The notes under the pieces: model-generated
Seen by the model: the letters and a program-made list of their open reading frames with translations, nothing else
Database searches by the model: none
What the model was told of the DNA's origin: nothing
Translations under genes and position numbers: made by a program
Source of the DNA: Octopus sinensis
Taxonomy: Eukaryota
Assembly (NCBI RefSeq): GCF_006345805.1
Contig: NC_043002.1
Location: forward strand, 77,686,001 to 77,750,000
DNA length: 64,000 nt
Direction of reading: 5' to 3'
Shown here: one piece after another, positions 50,333 through 63,960 of the stretch
Numbering within the stretch: position 1 is the stretch's first letter
Layout: every line of letters begins with the position of its first letter

Positions 50333-51059
50333 GTAAGTCATCACTTCATACAGAAAAAAGAACTAAATGAAAGACTACAACATGCCACAAGTATTGCACT
50401 TTCTCTTTGGAATACCAAATAAATTGCAAACATACGCATTCACACACACACATTCTTGCTCTTTCTCTCTCTCACACACACAATGTACACACACACACAT
50501 ACACAACATACACACAGCACTTATTTGTACTTGCTTTCATCACTGACAACAAAGTGACAGCTAGTTTGACCCAGTTGTCACCTATCTTGTTGCAGGACAT
50601 AACTTGCACTATAAACACACATAATCTCGACTGCAAAATTTTTTTTCTGGCATCTAACTGACATCTTTAAATTCCAACACTTCCGGTGATGGTCATTGAG
50701 CTTTTTTTATGTCACAAATTTCAATTATTTGCTTTCTCTAAAGTAACTGTATCTCCAGTTAGCTTGTTGGTTGCTTTGCCTCCAAATATAAACAAACATA
50801 TGTCTCAACGTGTGCGTGTGTGTGTGTGCTTTTGTATGTGTGGGAGTGAGTGCATATCTAAATGTGTTTATTCAGTAGGAAAGTGTCAATGACCAGGATA
50901 TAGATGTGCAGCATTTTTCTTTTTGTTTCTTTTATGTAATATTAATACAAAGCAAAACAAAAGCAAATATGTTTTGTATTTTAAGCAGCTACCATAACTC
51001 TTCCATGATGTAACTGTCTCAGTTTCAAAGGCACCATCTCAGATCAAATCTTCTGTCAA

Positions 51060-51650
51060 ACAAGTACAATTCTGTATACATGTGTTAGTGTGTGTGAGTG
51101 TGTGCATGTGTGTATGTATTCAGTGTGTGTGTGCGTGTACTGCATGTGTGTGTGTGCGTGTGTTTGTCGCATGTGTATGTGTGTGTTATGTATATGTTTG
51201 TGTTTCATGTATATGTGTGTGTTGCATGTGTGTATGTGTGTGTGTTGCATGTGTGTGTATGTGTTTGCCTGCATGTGCACAGGTATGTGTGTGTTGTGTG
51301 TGTGTGTGTTGCGTGTAAATGTGTTGCATGTGCATATGTGTGTGAATGTTGCATGTGTGTATTTGTGTTTGTGTGTGTGTGTGTAAATGGGTGTTCAATG
51401 TGTGGGGGTGGGGTGTTGCATGTGTGTGTGTGTTGTATGTGTATGTGTGTGTTGCATGTGTGTGTGTATTCCATGTGTATATTGCATGTGTGTGTGTTGC
51501 ATGAGTGTGGGTGTGTTGCATGTGTGTGAGAGTGTGTCACATGTTTGTGTGTGTGTTGCCTGTGTGTGATGCATGTGTGTGTGTTGTATGTGTATGGATG
51601 TGTTTGTGTGCATGTGCACACATGTGTTTGTATGTGTGTGTGAATAGTAA
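51060..51650. repeat. Long degenerate (TG)n tract with recurring GTGTTGCATGTG
   Basis: Visible directly in the sequence. Confidence 0.95.
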
Positions 51651-52720
51651 TTTAGTTTCACTCGATAGTAATCTGTCTTTGGTTGACTTTAGTTTCATGG
51701 AAAAAGTTGCCCTTTCCTTCAATAAGTAACATTGTCCCCTTTCTTTACTAATTTCAAATGATAAACATTTTTTGTTAGACATTTTTTTTTATGAGCTTCT
51801 ACTGGTACATTGGTCTCTCTTGCCAAACTGCTAAGTTATGAGGATATTAACAAGCAAACACCAATTGTCAAGCAATGGTGGAGGACAAACACACACACAC
51901 TCACACATGTATATAAATATATATATATATGTGAGTGTAAAGGTGCATGGCTCAGTGGTTAGAGTGTCGGGCTTACAATTGAGAGGTCATGAGTTCCATT
52001 CATGAACCAGGCTATGTGTTGTGTTCTTGAGTAAGACAATTTATTTCATGTTGCTCCAGTTCACTCAGCTGTAGAAATGATTTGCGACATCAGTGGTGCC
52101 AAGCTGTATTGGACTTTGCTCTTCTCTTGAACAATACTGGTGGCATGAAAAAGGGAGACATGGGCAACTGCTGGTCTTCCATAAAAGACCTTGCCTGGAC
52201 TTTTGTAGGTGCAATCCTATGGTCCTTCATGACTGAAGCGGGGTCTTTATATATCATCATCATCATCATCATCATTTAGCGTCCGCTTTCCATGCTATCA
52301 TGGGTTGGACAGTTCAACTGGGGTCTGGGAAGCCAGAAGGCTGCACCAGGCCCAGTCTGATCTGGCAGTGTTTCTACGGCTGGATGCCCTTCCTAACGCC
52401 AACCACTCCGTGAGTGTAGTGGATGCTTTTTACGTGCCACCCGCACAGGTGCCAGACGGGGCTGGCAAACAGCCACGGACATATGGTGCTTTTTACGTGC
52501 CACCGGCACGGGGGCCAGGCAAGCCTGGCAATGGCCACGATTGGATGGTGCTTTTTACGTGCCGCCGGCACGGAGGCCAGTCGGGGCGGCGCTGGCCACA
52601 GCCACGATCAGATGGTTCGCTTACGTGTCACCAGCACTGGTATAGCAGCTGCAATTTCCATTGATGTTGATCGACTTCAATTTTGGTTCTGATTTCTGAT
52701 TTGATTTGATTTGATTTGAT

Positions 52721-52766
<46 letters not shown>

Positions 52767-52989
52767 GCCACATAAAAGGCACGGGTGCTGATGTCACGTA
52801 AGAAGCACTGATGATAGTGCCATGGAAAAAGCACCTAGTAGACTCTGTAAACCATGCCAGAACAGACAATGGAGCCTGGTGCAACCCCTGGCCTTACCAG
52901 TTCCTGCCAAACTGTCCAACTCCTCCCAGCATGGAAAACGGACATAAAATGATGGTGGTGGTGGTGGTAGTGGTATATACATACATACA

Positions 52990-53025
<36 letters not shown>

Positions 53026-53824
53026 TATATGCGACAGGCTTCTTTTAGTTTCCATCTAACAAATCCACTCAAGAGACTTTGTTCAGCCCAAGCTTATAGT
53101 AGAAAGCACTTGCCTAAAATGGCATTCCATGGGACTGAACCTGAAACCATTTAGACAGTACAGTTTAAATTTTATGTAAAGACAGCTTATCTTGCGAAAC
53201 CCTACAATTTTTACAAGGAACTCTGAAGTCAATTTGAGAAGCCCTAATCTACATGATAATCACTAATAAAGCCCTTTCTATGCATGATCATAACAAATGT
53301 TCCTGTAGTTATATAATTTCAGTAATATCATCTAGACTCAGAAAAGTGGCAGCACTACTCAAAGAAATCAATGGAATAAAGCAAATGCTGGTTAATAACA
53401 AATATTCAAATAAATTAGTAGACTGAGTTATTGAACAATGCAACAATACAAAAACAATTTAGCACAATAGCTACAGCAGACATAACACCCAGTAAAAACA
53501 AACACATCACATATAAAGTATATTATATGAACTAAATGCCTCCTGGCTTTAGAAGAAAGAAATATGTTATTAAAAACACTTGTTAAACTGAACACAGCAT
53601 GGATAACACTTAATCATAAAGTAACACTAATAATTATATTACCAGAGCAAGAAAATTTAAAATCTCTTCACCAACATCAAATCGCAAGAATAAAAGTTTG
53701 AAAACAAACTACAGTTAAGCAAAGTAATTTACAAATTCAACTATAAACATTGATTTGTGAAATTTATGAGTCTAACACTGCATTATATTGAACATACAAG
53801 CACCACTGTTATTTGCCAATGTGA

Positions 53825-54660
53825 ACACATGCCTACACTGCTCAGCATTATGTGCTCAGCCATGCTATCAGAGGCCTTCTGCAACAATGACAAAACCAGC
53901 AAGGTGATAAAATTCATGACTGATGGCAAACTCTCCAGCGTGCGGCAGGTTCAGGCCAAAACCAAGGTGGAAGAAGACTCAGTCTGCAACTTCCTGTTTG
54001 CAGACAACAATGCACTTAACATTGCCACAGAGGCTGCCCAGACACAGCAGAGCATGAACTGCTTTTCTACTTCCTGCAACAATTTTGACCTCATAATCAG
54101 TACTCAGAAGACAGAGAGCATGTATCAACCTGCCCTGCAGAAGCTGTATATAGAACCAGCTATCACTGTCCAAGGGGAACCCTTGAAGGCTGTTGTTAAG
54201 TTCATGCACCTCAGAAGCAGCACACTCTCCAGATCTGTAAGCATTGACAATTACATTGATATGTGCATTGCCGGTGGGGAGGGGGGCTCAGCATTCAGAT
54301 CGCTGGAGGTTCAAGGTCCTAAAAACATGGAGGTTCTTTCTCAAGTTTATCTACTAAGCATCAACACACTGCTGAGTAGAATCCCAGTCAGGTAGGTAGG
54401 CCACCTTGTTTGAATGTCTGACAGAGGGCAAGTGCATGCAAAGAGGACAGAAAAAGCACTTCAAGGTCACACTCAAAGCTTCATTAAAGAGCCTTGAGAT
54501 CAATCCCAACATCTGGAAAACATAATTATCAGACTTCCCTGCCTGGCAAAGCTGCCCTAGCAGAAGTTCCACTTCCTATGAAGAGAAGAGGATTGCAGGA
54601 ACACAAAGAAAAAGTGAACTGCAGAAGTCCAGAGCCAACTCCTTTCCTTCAGTCCTTGCA
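53825..54660 (+). mobile_element. RTE (BovB/RTE-1-like) RT domain and C-terminus fragment
   Basis: PTLLSIMCSAML..TDGKLSSVRQVQAKTKV..FLFADNNAL..FDLIISTQKTESMYQP..STLSRSVSIDN; the FADD RT motif is decayed to FADN. Confidence 0.88.
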
Positions 54661-56044
54661 GATCGCTTGACAACCGATGCTGATGTGTTTATGTCACCGT
54701 AACTTTGTGGTTCAGCAAAAGGGACTGATAGAATAAGTACTAGTCTTACAAAGAATAGGTCCTAGGGTCAATTTCTTCAACTAAAACCCTTTAAGGCAGT
54801 GCTCCAGCATGGCCATAGTCAAATAACTGAAACAAGTAAAAGAGTAAAAGAATTCAAAAAGCAATGAAACATTAGAGAGGAAGGCCTTCTCTTAAAGAAA
54901 CGTATGACACCGTTGCGGCAAAATCTGAAAGTAAACTGCAAGGTCAAAAAAGTAAGGATGTAACTGGAGAGAAATAGAAAAGACAGCCGAAAGTCATTAG
55001 GGGAGAAAAGTCATCAATGACTTAGGCTCCATAATGAAAAAAGACTCAAAGTAAGTAGCTGCCCATGCATACAAGTCTCCTCCCCCCACCCCATGCCACC
55101 AACGTTTATCTGAGAAAGGTCACACTGACTCGAGCCACTGCAGCTCGGCATAAGTGTCATTGCAGGCATTGCTGTCAGAATGCTGAGGCAGAACAAATAC
55201 TGTAATGCTGAGGCAGAACAAATACTGAGAAGGTTTAGTTGTTAAGGTATTTGGCTCACAGTCATAAGATCATGAGTTCAATTCCCAGCGATGTCTCATG
55301 TCCTTGAGCAAGACAATATTTCTTGTTGCTCCAGTGCACTCAGCTGGTGAAAATGGGTTGTAGATATAATTCAAAGGGCCAACCTTGTTAGACTGCATGT
55401 CATGCTGAATCTGAATCTTCCTGAAAACTAAGATAAGGGCACAAGTGTCTGTGGAGTACTCAGCCACTTGCATGTTAATTTCAGGAGCAGGCTTTTTGGT
55501 TGATTGGATCAACTGAACCCTATAATCATAACCAAAGGAGAGCCCGGATCTCACCTGACGCTCTCTAATTGTTCCACCAATATACCACCCCAGATTGGTA
55601 CTTTTTTATCGACCCTGAAAGGATGAAAGGCAAAGTTGAACTCAGCAGAATTTGAACTCAGATCACAGAGAGTAGGAATAAATAATGTGAGGTATTTTAT
55701 TTGGAATCAAACAACTCTGTCACTTCCTCACCTTCAATGTATATTTATTGCAACACATCGTCATCGTCATCGTCATCATTTAATGTCTCTGTCTTCCATA
55801 CTGGCATAGGTTGGACACTATATCACATATCTATTACATCAAGTTATACCATACATGTGGAGGTGCATGGCTTAGTGGTTAGAGTGTTGAATTCCTGATC
55901 ATAAGATTGTGGTTTCGATTCTAGGACCAGGCAATGCATTGTGTTTTTGCGCAAAACACTGCATTTCATGTTGCTCCAGTCCACTCAGCTGATTAAAATG
56001 AGTAATCCTGTAACAGAGCAGTTTCTCATCCATGAAGGAATATA

Positions 56045-56609
56045 TTGGGTTGTCCAGAAAGTTCATGCCAACTTTTAAAGGAAAGAAAAAGGTCAATAAA
56101 TACTTGCCATTACATTTTTAATCAACCAAATATGAACCATTTTGTTGCACAATGCATCTCCATCTTTCCTTTAACTTGAGAATACCCTCTTCCCAGAATT
56201 GAGGTGGTTTCATGGCAAAGAATTCATCAAGGTATCTTTTTACGTCATCCAAGGAATTGAAATTTTTCTATCAAGACTATTCTGCAAAGACCTGAATAAG
56301 TGGAAATCCGAAGGAGCAATATCTGGTGAATATAGAGGGTGGGGTAACTCATCCCAGCTGAGCTGCAGCAATTTTTGTCTGGTTCCCAAAGCATCAAGTG
56401 CCGAAAATGAAGTTTCTTATCTTCCATTTTAAAGGGTTACAGAATTAACACAGGTTATAGGAACATAAACCTTTTTCCACAAAAAGATAGCTTAAACTGT
56501 GCTCTAAATGGAGGTGTAGTCAAATCCTATATTATGGACTCAACCATGTTCTAAAGTAAGTCGAAAAGTAAGCTACTATAAATCGGCACAAACTTTCTGG
56601 ACAATCCAA
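56045..56609 (-). mobile_element. Internally deleted mariner
   Basis: TIRs TTGG(G/A)TTGTCCAGAAAGTT; TA TSD at 56043-56044 and 56610-56611; encodes TRQKLLQLSWDELPHPLYSPDIAPSDFHLFRSLQN. Confidence 0.9.
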
Positions 56610-56659
56610 TATATGCCAGAGAAACCAGGAAATTGACCCTATGCTCTTAAAGGAGAAAT

Positions 56660-57950
56660 GTGAACTTGCCATATCATATATTTATTTCAGCACACTATAT
56701 CATGTGTGTGTGGCCAGCATAATAGAATTGGAGCTTTATTTGCATATTCAAAACATTTCCCATAAACAAATTTAATATATATATATATACATTAGAGCAC
56801 GCTATATCATATATATTTATTGCAGCACAACCATCCAAACATGGTCAATGTCAGTGCCGCCTGACTGGCTCCCATGCCAGTGGCACATAAAAAGCACCAT
56901 CTGAATAAGGTCGATGCAAGTGCCTCCTGGCTGGTTCCCATGCCGGTGACATGTAAAAAGCACTATCCAAATGTGATTGATGCCAGGGCCACCTGACTGG
57001 CTCCTGTGCTGGTGGCACATAAAAAGCACCATCCAAACATGGCCAATGCCAGTAACCACCGACTGGCTCCTGTGACAGCGGCATGTAAAAAGCACTATCC
57101 AAACATGATCAATGTCAGGGCTGCCTGACTGGTTCCTCTGCCAGATGCCTGTAAAAAGCACTCACTACACTCTCGGAATGGTTGGAGTTAGGAAGGGTAT
57201 CCAGCTATAGAAACATTGCCAGATCAGATTGGAGCCTGGTGCAGCCACTGGCTTTCCAGACCTTAGTCAAACTGTCCAACCCATGCCAGCATGGAAAACA
57301 GATGTTAAACGATGATAGTGGTGATGATGATGATGATGATATATATCATCATTTAGCGTCCGCTTTCCATGCTAGCATGGGTTGGACAGGTCAACTGGGG
57401 TCTGTGAAGCTGGAAGGCTTCGTCAGGCCCAGTCAGATCTGGCAGTGTTTCTACGGCTGGATGCCCTTCCTAACGCCAACCACTCCGCGAGTGTAGTGGG
57501 TGTTTTTTACGTGCCAGACAGAGCTGGCAAACGGCCACGAACGGATGGTGCTTTTACGTGTCACCGGCACGGGGCCAGGCGATGCTGGCAACGGACACGA
57601 ACGGATGGTGCTTTTACGTGCCACCGACACGGGATACATATATATACATGTATATATATATATATACATATATATACACATACATAAATACATACATATA
57701 TATACATATATACACATACATATTACAGCATGCTATATCATATATATTTATTGCAGCAGAGTATATCATATATATACATATTATAGCACACTTTATCATA
57801 TATATTAATTACACCACATTTTATCACATGTATACATTACAGCACACTTTATCATATATATATATTTTACAGCACACTACATCATATATATTAACTGCAG
57901 CACACTATATCATTTATATTTATGACAGCATATTATATCATATAAATAGT
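56660..57950. repeat. About 30-bp minisatellite (CAGCACACTATATCATATATATTT) split by a tail-to-tail pair of RTE 3'-UTR repeats (56830-57335 +, 57345-57635 -)
   Basis: The same unit occurs at 56660-56830 and 57720-57950. Confidence 0.75.
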
Positions 57951-58474
57951 AACTAAACTTCTTTAAAAACACTATAGCATCTTAAAAAAAGATATCTAAT
58001 GCTATAATTAGTAACGTAAAATTATATGAGATGCCTGAATAATTGATGGGACGGCCATGGCTGGAATGCTTTTGATTGTATGTCTAATCAGTCAACCTGG
58101 CATGGGACTAAACAACAAGAGAGCTAGGCTGGATATAAATAATAATAATAATAACAGCACAAGAGAAAAACAACAAAATTAGATAAAATAAAAACATTAG
58201 TTAATAATACAACTATAGAATATCCCAAAATAAAATATAAGATTAGTCATGATATCTATATTAATAGCAAAATATAATGCAAAACCCAACACACAGGAAT
58301 ACATCTTAAGAACAAACTAATACTAGATATTACATTCAAACTATTTCTTGGTTGCTGAGAGCAACTGATACATCAATGGTCTCAAAGTCTGGTATTATTG
58401 ACTACAAAATATATGCAACAGCAGTCTCATGATTTGCTCTTAAAAGTTTTTTTTTTTTTTTAAAGCATCAATAG

Positions 58475-58609
58475 CAACAACCATCTGAACCATTGCTTTC
58501 AGAAGATAAAGTCTTGAAAAGTTTGGAAGATCTTGAAACATCAATGGATCTTAGGAAATTTATTGCACTGCAGCAAATTGAACTTAAAAAGATTTTTAAG
58601 ATGATATGA
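58475..58609 (+). CDS. Candidate terminal exon: QQPSEPLLSEDKVLKSLEDLETSMDLRKFIALQQIELKKIFKMI*
   Basis: Poly-T tract, then aaagcatcaatag acceptor and 44 helix-like codons to TGA; could be a TE remnant. Confidence 0.2.
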   Translation, partial: QQPSEPLLSEDKVLKSLEDLETSMDLRKFIALQQIELKKIFKMI

Positions 58610-59218
58610 AAAAAAAGATTATTCATGAAAAAAAAGAGTTCTTGTTAAAACTTAGTCATATTTTGGTTAGAGCTTCGTATTTATTTATGTATGTATTTAT
58701 GTATGCGTGTGTGTGTGTGGTGTGTGTGTGTGTGTGTGTGTGTGTATGAAAGTTCTTTGCTTTTATTGAAAGAAAATACAGGAGGATCAGTTGCTTATGA
58801 TTTTATTCAACATGTTCTCCTCTCAGATTCACACACTTACTGCAGCGGCCCTTCAGTTTTTCTAAGCCCAGTAAAAGAACTTAGAAGGTTGGGCCTCCAA
58901 CCAAGCCTTTTGTGATACCCTTAAAGTCAGGAACTTTTTCAGCACCCCTTCATATATATATATAAGAGTTAAGGAATTGAGTAGATAAAATCCGCTGTGC
59001 TACATATGTCTCATAGCAAGTGGACCCTCAGAAGTGGTAAATATCCAAGCAAAGTGTATACTGCAGGTTACTCTTCAGGCCAAGGATATCTTGATTAAAT
59101 GAAAGTTTACATTGTCGCAAGGAGATACATGTTAATACATGGAAGATTCAATCAGATAGATAGTTAGATGATAGACAGATAGATACAAATAACTATATAT
59201 ATATATATATTATATATA

Positions 59219-59285
<67 letters not shown>

Positions 59286-59286
<1 letters not shown>

Positions 59287-60290
59287 TGAGTCATCTCATA
59301 AATAATGTGGTTTTTTCAATTGCATGAACTAAAAGTTGGAGAGGGATGGGATAAACTACCTGCATCAACTTGCTATAAAAGCAGGTAATAATTTTACCTT
59401 GTATTTATTCTTAGTACAAGCTTTGAAGAGTGTAGTTCGATTTTAACAGTTATTTTTTTCAAAGCTATAATGGAAGTGACAAAGGAGCATATTTGGCATA
59501 TTTTGCTTTATGATTTCAATAAAGGCAACAACATAACGAAAAGTGTAAGGAATATTAATGCAGTGTATGGGGATCGGACAATAAGTGTAAACCAGTGTCA
59601 ACAGCGGTTCTGGAAATTCCAAGCTGGAAACTATAGCCTAGAAGACGAGCCTCATCCTGGAAGATCTGTAGAGCGCAATGAGGATGTCCTGCAAACCCAG
59701 GTGGAAAAAAAATCCCATTGTAACTGTTGAGAAACTAGCAGAGAAGTTAAGATTTGGTCATTCAACCATTCATCGACTCCTGTGTGCCATCGAAATAGTC
59801 AGCAAATTAGGTCAATGGGTTCCTCACAAACTTTCCAAGTCTGATTGCATGCAGAGAGTGAATGTGTACTCTTCTTTGCTGTAACATCTCATGAATGAAC
59901 CTTTTTGTTTGGACCAAATCGTGACTAGTGATAAGAAATGGGTTCGCTATGAAAATGTCAAGTGCTGAAGACAGTAAGTAGGGAAAGGAGAAACACTGGC
60001 ACCCCAGGCTAAAGAAGGTCTTCACCTACGTAAGGTGTTGTTATCTGTGTGGTGGGATATGAATGGTTTAGTGCACTTTGAACTTTTAAACCCAAACCAA
60101 ATGATAACAAAGGAGATCTACTGTGAGTAGCTTGAGCAGCTTAAGTCAGTGCTAGAAGGAAAACGACCATCTTTGGTTTCAAAGCAAAAGGTGTTCTTCC
60201 ATCAGGATAATGCTCAGCCAAATACAGCGAGGATGACATTCAAAAGGCTGGAGCAGTTTGAATGGGAAACAATGCCCCACACACCATATT
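59286..60290 (+). mobile_element. Decayed mariner, same family as 5082-6307, 3'-truncated at an RTE junction
   Basis: Left TIR CTGAGTCATCTCATAAATAATG; MEVTKEHIWHILLYDFNKGN, WVPHKL, IVTSDKKW and HQDNAQP; ends at HTPY. Confidence 0.92.
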
Positions 60291-60940
60291 GGTGGGAGCT
60301 GACAAGCTGCAGAGCTGCACCAAGCTCCAGTCTGATTTGGCATGGTTTCTACAGCCAGATGCCCTTCCTAACACCAGCCACTTTACAGTGTGTATTGGAT
60401 GTTTTTACATGGCACCTCATGAGTGCGTTTATGTGACACCACATGAGCGCTTTTACATGACACTGTGCAGGTGCTTTTACATGGCACCGCCATGAGTACT
60501 TTTTACATGGCACCGGCACAGGACTTTTGTAGGACAACTCTCCACCAGTGAGGTCAGACTTAACACTTTGGCTGTGGATCATAGGTCTTCTTGAGTACAG
60601 CAAGTCGCTAGGCATCCCAGTCCTTTGCCATCTCTCCTGAGATCATTCTTCAGTACTTCGTCCCATGTCTTCCTGGGTCTCCCACTTCTACATGTTCTAC
60701 CTACTTTGAGAGACCAGCAATTCTTTATGGAGCTGTTGGCATCCATCCACATCACATGACCAAACCAGTGTAATCTTCTCTCTTGTACACAGCATCTAAT
60801 TCCTCTTATGTCTAACTTCTCTCTCAATACACTAACACTCTGTCGAACATGAACACTTACATTAAGACATCCAGTGAAACATACTAGCCTCATTCCTCTT
60901 TAACCTTCACATGTCTTCTGCATTCAGAGCCCACATCTCA
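60290..60940 (-). mobile_element. RTE 3' fragment with tandem-array 3' UTR
   Basis: LREKLDIRGIRCCVQERRLHWFGHVMWMD..GRPRKTWDEVLKND, followed by AAAAGCAC subrepeats. Confidence 0.88.
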
Positions 60941-61179
60941 CTATTTACTCATCAAAAGTAAAAAGATACACTTGATATGTAATGACTTTGATTGTTCTTT
61001 CTATCTCTAATTTCTTTGACACCATATTTATAATGCTTGGATAACAAAAACCTGTTTGAAAATAATTTTGCCGCATTTACATTTACGTATCCAAAATATT
61101 TTGGTTTCTGAAGTACTGTTGAAATTAACAAAAGCAGAGATTCTTTGCTAAAACAATAAAATCTCTAAAATACATACCC

Positions 61180-61226
<47 letters not shown>

Positions 61227-61228
61227 TG

Positions 61229-61266
<38 letters not shown>

Positions 61267-61339
61267 AGTGTATGTGTGTGTATATATATATATATACATA
61301 AATACAGATATATATATGCAGAACAAACGATATACTTAC

Positions 61340-61465
61340 ATATACGAACGTCCATACATACATACATATGTACGTATGCACACGGCCAGTTAAATTGCCC
61401 GCCAAAACACCCCATAAGCACGATATGGTTAAAATAAACACCGCAGTGAATATAATAACGAACAT
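61340..61465 (-). CDS. Candidate first coding exon of a secreted or membrane protein: MFVIIFTAVFILTISCLWGVLAG-NLTGR...
   Basis: ATG at 61465, signal-peptide-like hydrophobic stretch and a locally CpG-rich island. Donor options are gtaagt (exon end 61340) or gtatgt (exon end 61366). Confidence 0.35.
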
Positions 61466-63489
61466 TTAACGTGGTTTTTATAGTCAGAGTTTCGACTGTT
61501 ATTTCGGCATGGTGGTGTCTCTCAGACACCCTCTTTTTTAATTATATATATATATATATATATAGTCAATCCAAACTAGAACAAGCAAGAAAAAAGAACA
61601 ACGTGAGGATGTGGAACAAGTAATGTGTTATTGGACACTCAGGAAAGGACAGAAAAGAAAGAGGACTTCTTGTTTCGAGCAGAGCTCGAAATATAGAAAA
61701 TATAGAAATATAGAAAAAGTCCAAACAAGGGAAGATGGAGAAAGAAAATCACCAATGATACACACATGGTCACATATTGAAATGACTGGAAGGGAATGGG
61801 TGAGGAAAAAGTTCTTTCTAAGACAGGAGAGTGCAAGAGAAGGAGGTATGTGTGTGTATGTGTTGGTATGTGCATGCACGCAGGTCTGTGTGTGTGTGTA
61901 ATGATAGCACGTGTGTGCGTGTGTGTTTGTGTGTGTTTGTGTGTGTGTGTGTGTGGTGTGTGTGTGTGCGTGTGTGTGTGTGTGTGGTTGTGGCTGTTAT
62001 TGTATGTGTGTGGCTGGACTTAGTGTTGCTTAAGGTCATAGGAAGAATTTATAGTAAGAATTTTGGTAGGAGTGGCTGTCTGAATAAGACAAATACATGA
62101 GTTACACAAATACATAGTTGAAGCATTGTTTTACATTCAGATGTTCTTCTTCTTGCTAACCCTTCCATGTTTTTCAAACACACACAAACACACACTCATC
62201 ATCATTATTGTTTAACACCAGCATGGAGAATGGACATCAAATGATGATGATGTTGAGTGAGTTGGTATGTGTGTGCGTGTTTTGTGTGTGTATGCATGCA
62301 CATGTGTGTGTGTGTGTATGCATGCACATGTGTGTGTGTGTGTGTGTTTAAAAAAACATGCAAGCTCAAGCAACAAGAAGAATATCTGGTTGTAAAACAA
62401 TGCTCCAACAACATACATTTGTCTAACTTGTGTTAGCATGCCAAAAGCAGGCAAAAAAAAAAAAGACTATATGAATTCTGTTAGAATACATCTTATAAAA
62501 ATGGTTGACTTTATAAAAATAATTGACTTTGGCTGATTTTTTTTCTTCAAAACTTAACTATGTGGTCACGGATAAAATCTGCAAAAAATTTGGATCCAGG
62601 TAGAAAGCAGAACGATACAGTTATGATGTATTACTTTCTGTCTTCAAAATGTTTTAGCAAATAACAGTAATTAATATAGATGTTGGGTTAATTCCTTAGA
62701 CTCAAATTCGATGGAATGAATTTAAAAATAATATTAGAATCATTATACTGTTTTAGAAGTTAATATACTTAAGTGTTCATCCATGAGGCTGTAGGTCTGA
62801 AAGGGTTAAACACTTTGATTTGTTTGGTTAACATAATTAAATAAAATGTCAACTGACTGCAAGGAAACTGTCTTGTTTTGTTTCAAAACCCGTGTTAAAT
62901 AGATTATTAAACAATTTCAGGTATCAACAACCATAGTAAGCAATGAACAATCAGTGACAAAATAAATTTTGTTCCATAATGGCTGACTTTGTTTTGAAAG
63001 ATTAACTTGGTGAAGTAGGCACAATTTGGTGCACACTCACACTCACACACACACAAACACACACACACACACACGCACGCGCACGCACACACACAAAATG
63101 TGCTTCTTTCAATAGCTGTCTACCAAATCCATTCACAAGGCTTTGGTAAGCCCAAAGCTTTCGTAGAAGATGCTTGTCCAAGGTATCACACAGTGGGACT
63201 AACCCTAAAACCATGTAAGTATGAAGCAACAAACTTTCTTGACCACACATTCTTATACAACAATGAAAAAAAAGTACAATGCAATAGATTACTAGGTCTG
63301 CTACATTGAGCATTTCTCAGGTCTGCAAGAGCTCATTGGAAAATGGTAAAAGAGGGGACAGAGAGCAGTGTTAATTCATATAAAGAAAGAAAGCAGTGAA
63401 AGCCAAAAATAAAAGCATAGTCATCATTGTCATCATCATCATCATCATATAATGTCAATATTCCATGCTGGCAGGAGTTGGAAATTTTG

Positions 63490-63537
63490 ACTTGAGTTGA
63501 CAGGCATGGGTTCCAACCCATGCCTGTCAACTCAAGT
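63490..63537. repeat. Perfect 23-bp-arm hairpin (CC loop) inside an RTE 3'-UTR repeat
   Basis: acttgagttgacaggcatgggtt-cc-aacccatgcctgtcaactcaagt. Confidence 0.97.
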
Positions 63538-63775
63538 TTGACAGGAGCTGACTAGGCAGAAGACTGCACCAGGCTTCACTGTCTGTTTTGGCATGGTTTT
63601 TACAGCTGGATAACCTTCCATGAGGTAAAACACAAGAACTCAGAAAAGTGGACAGTAAGAGAGCTGGGAAGAGGAAAGGGTACATATGCACATCGGGAGT
63701 AGTGTTAGCAACTTTCAGGATGCATAGAATTTTTTAAGAATGCAATGTCCTGATAGCTAATGATAGACACGAATA

Positions 63776-63960
63776 GTTTATTCCATGCTTCAACAATTCT
63801 GAACACAAAAAGTTTCTAAAAGTCATGGGTGCTGCGCTGTTTTTTGATTTTATAAGCATGTCCTCAAATGGCAGAGGTAGATTATTTTAATCAAATTTCA
63901 CCAAAGAGAAAGAATTTACTTGGTGAGTTGAAGAAAACCATGCAAAAGGTTGAAAGTAAA
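63776..63960 (-). mobile_element. CR1 3' remnant
   Basis: HAYKIKKQRSTHDF*KLFVFRIVEAWNKL, same family as 27930-28374. Confidence 0.75.

Noticed and set aside
50660-50800. Minus-strand KATNKLTGDTVTLEK resembling CDK subdomain II
   Set aside because: No Gly-rich loop, no PSTAIRE segment, stops nearby and no splice sites; probably chance.
56830-57160. Regularly spaced TAAAAAGCAC repeats resembling a CRISPR array
   Set aside because: The spacers are homologous to each other, the context is eukaryotic, there are no cas genes, and the array is part of the RTE 3' UTR.
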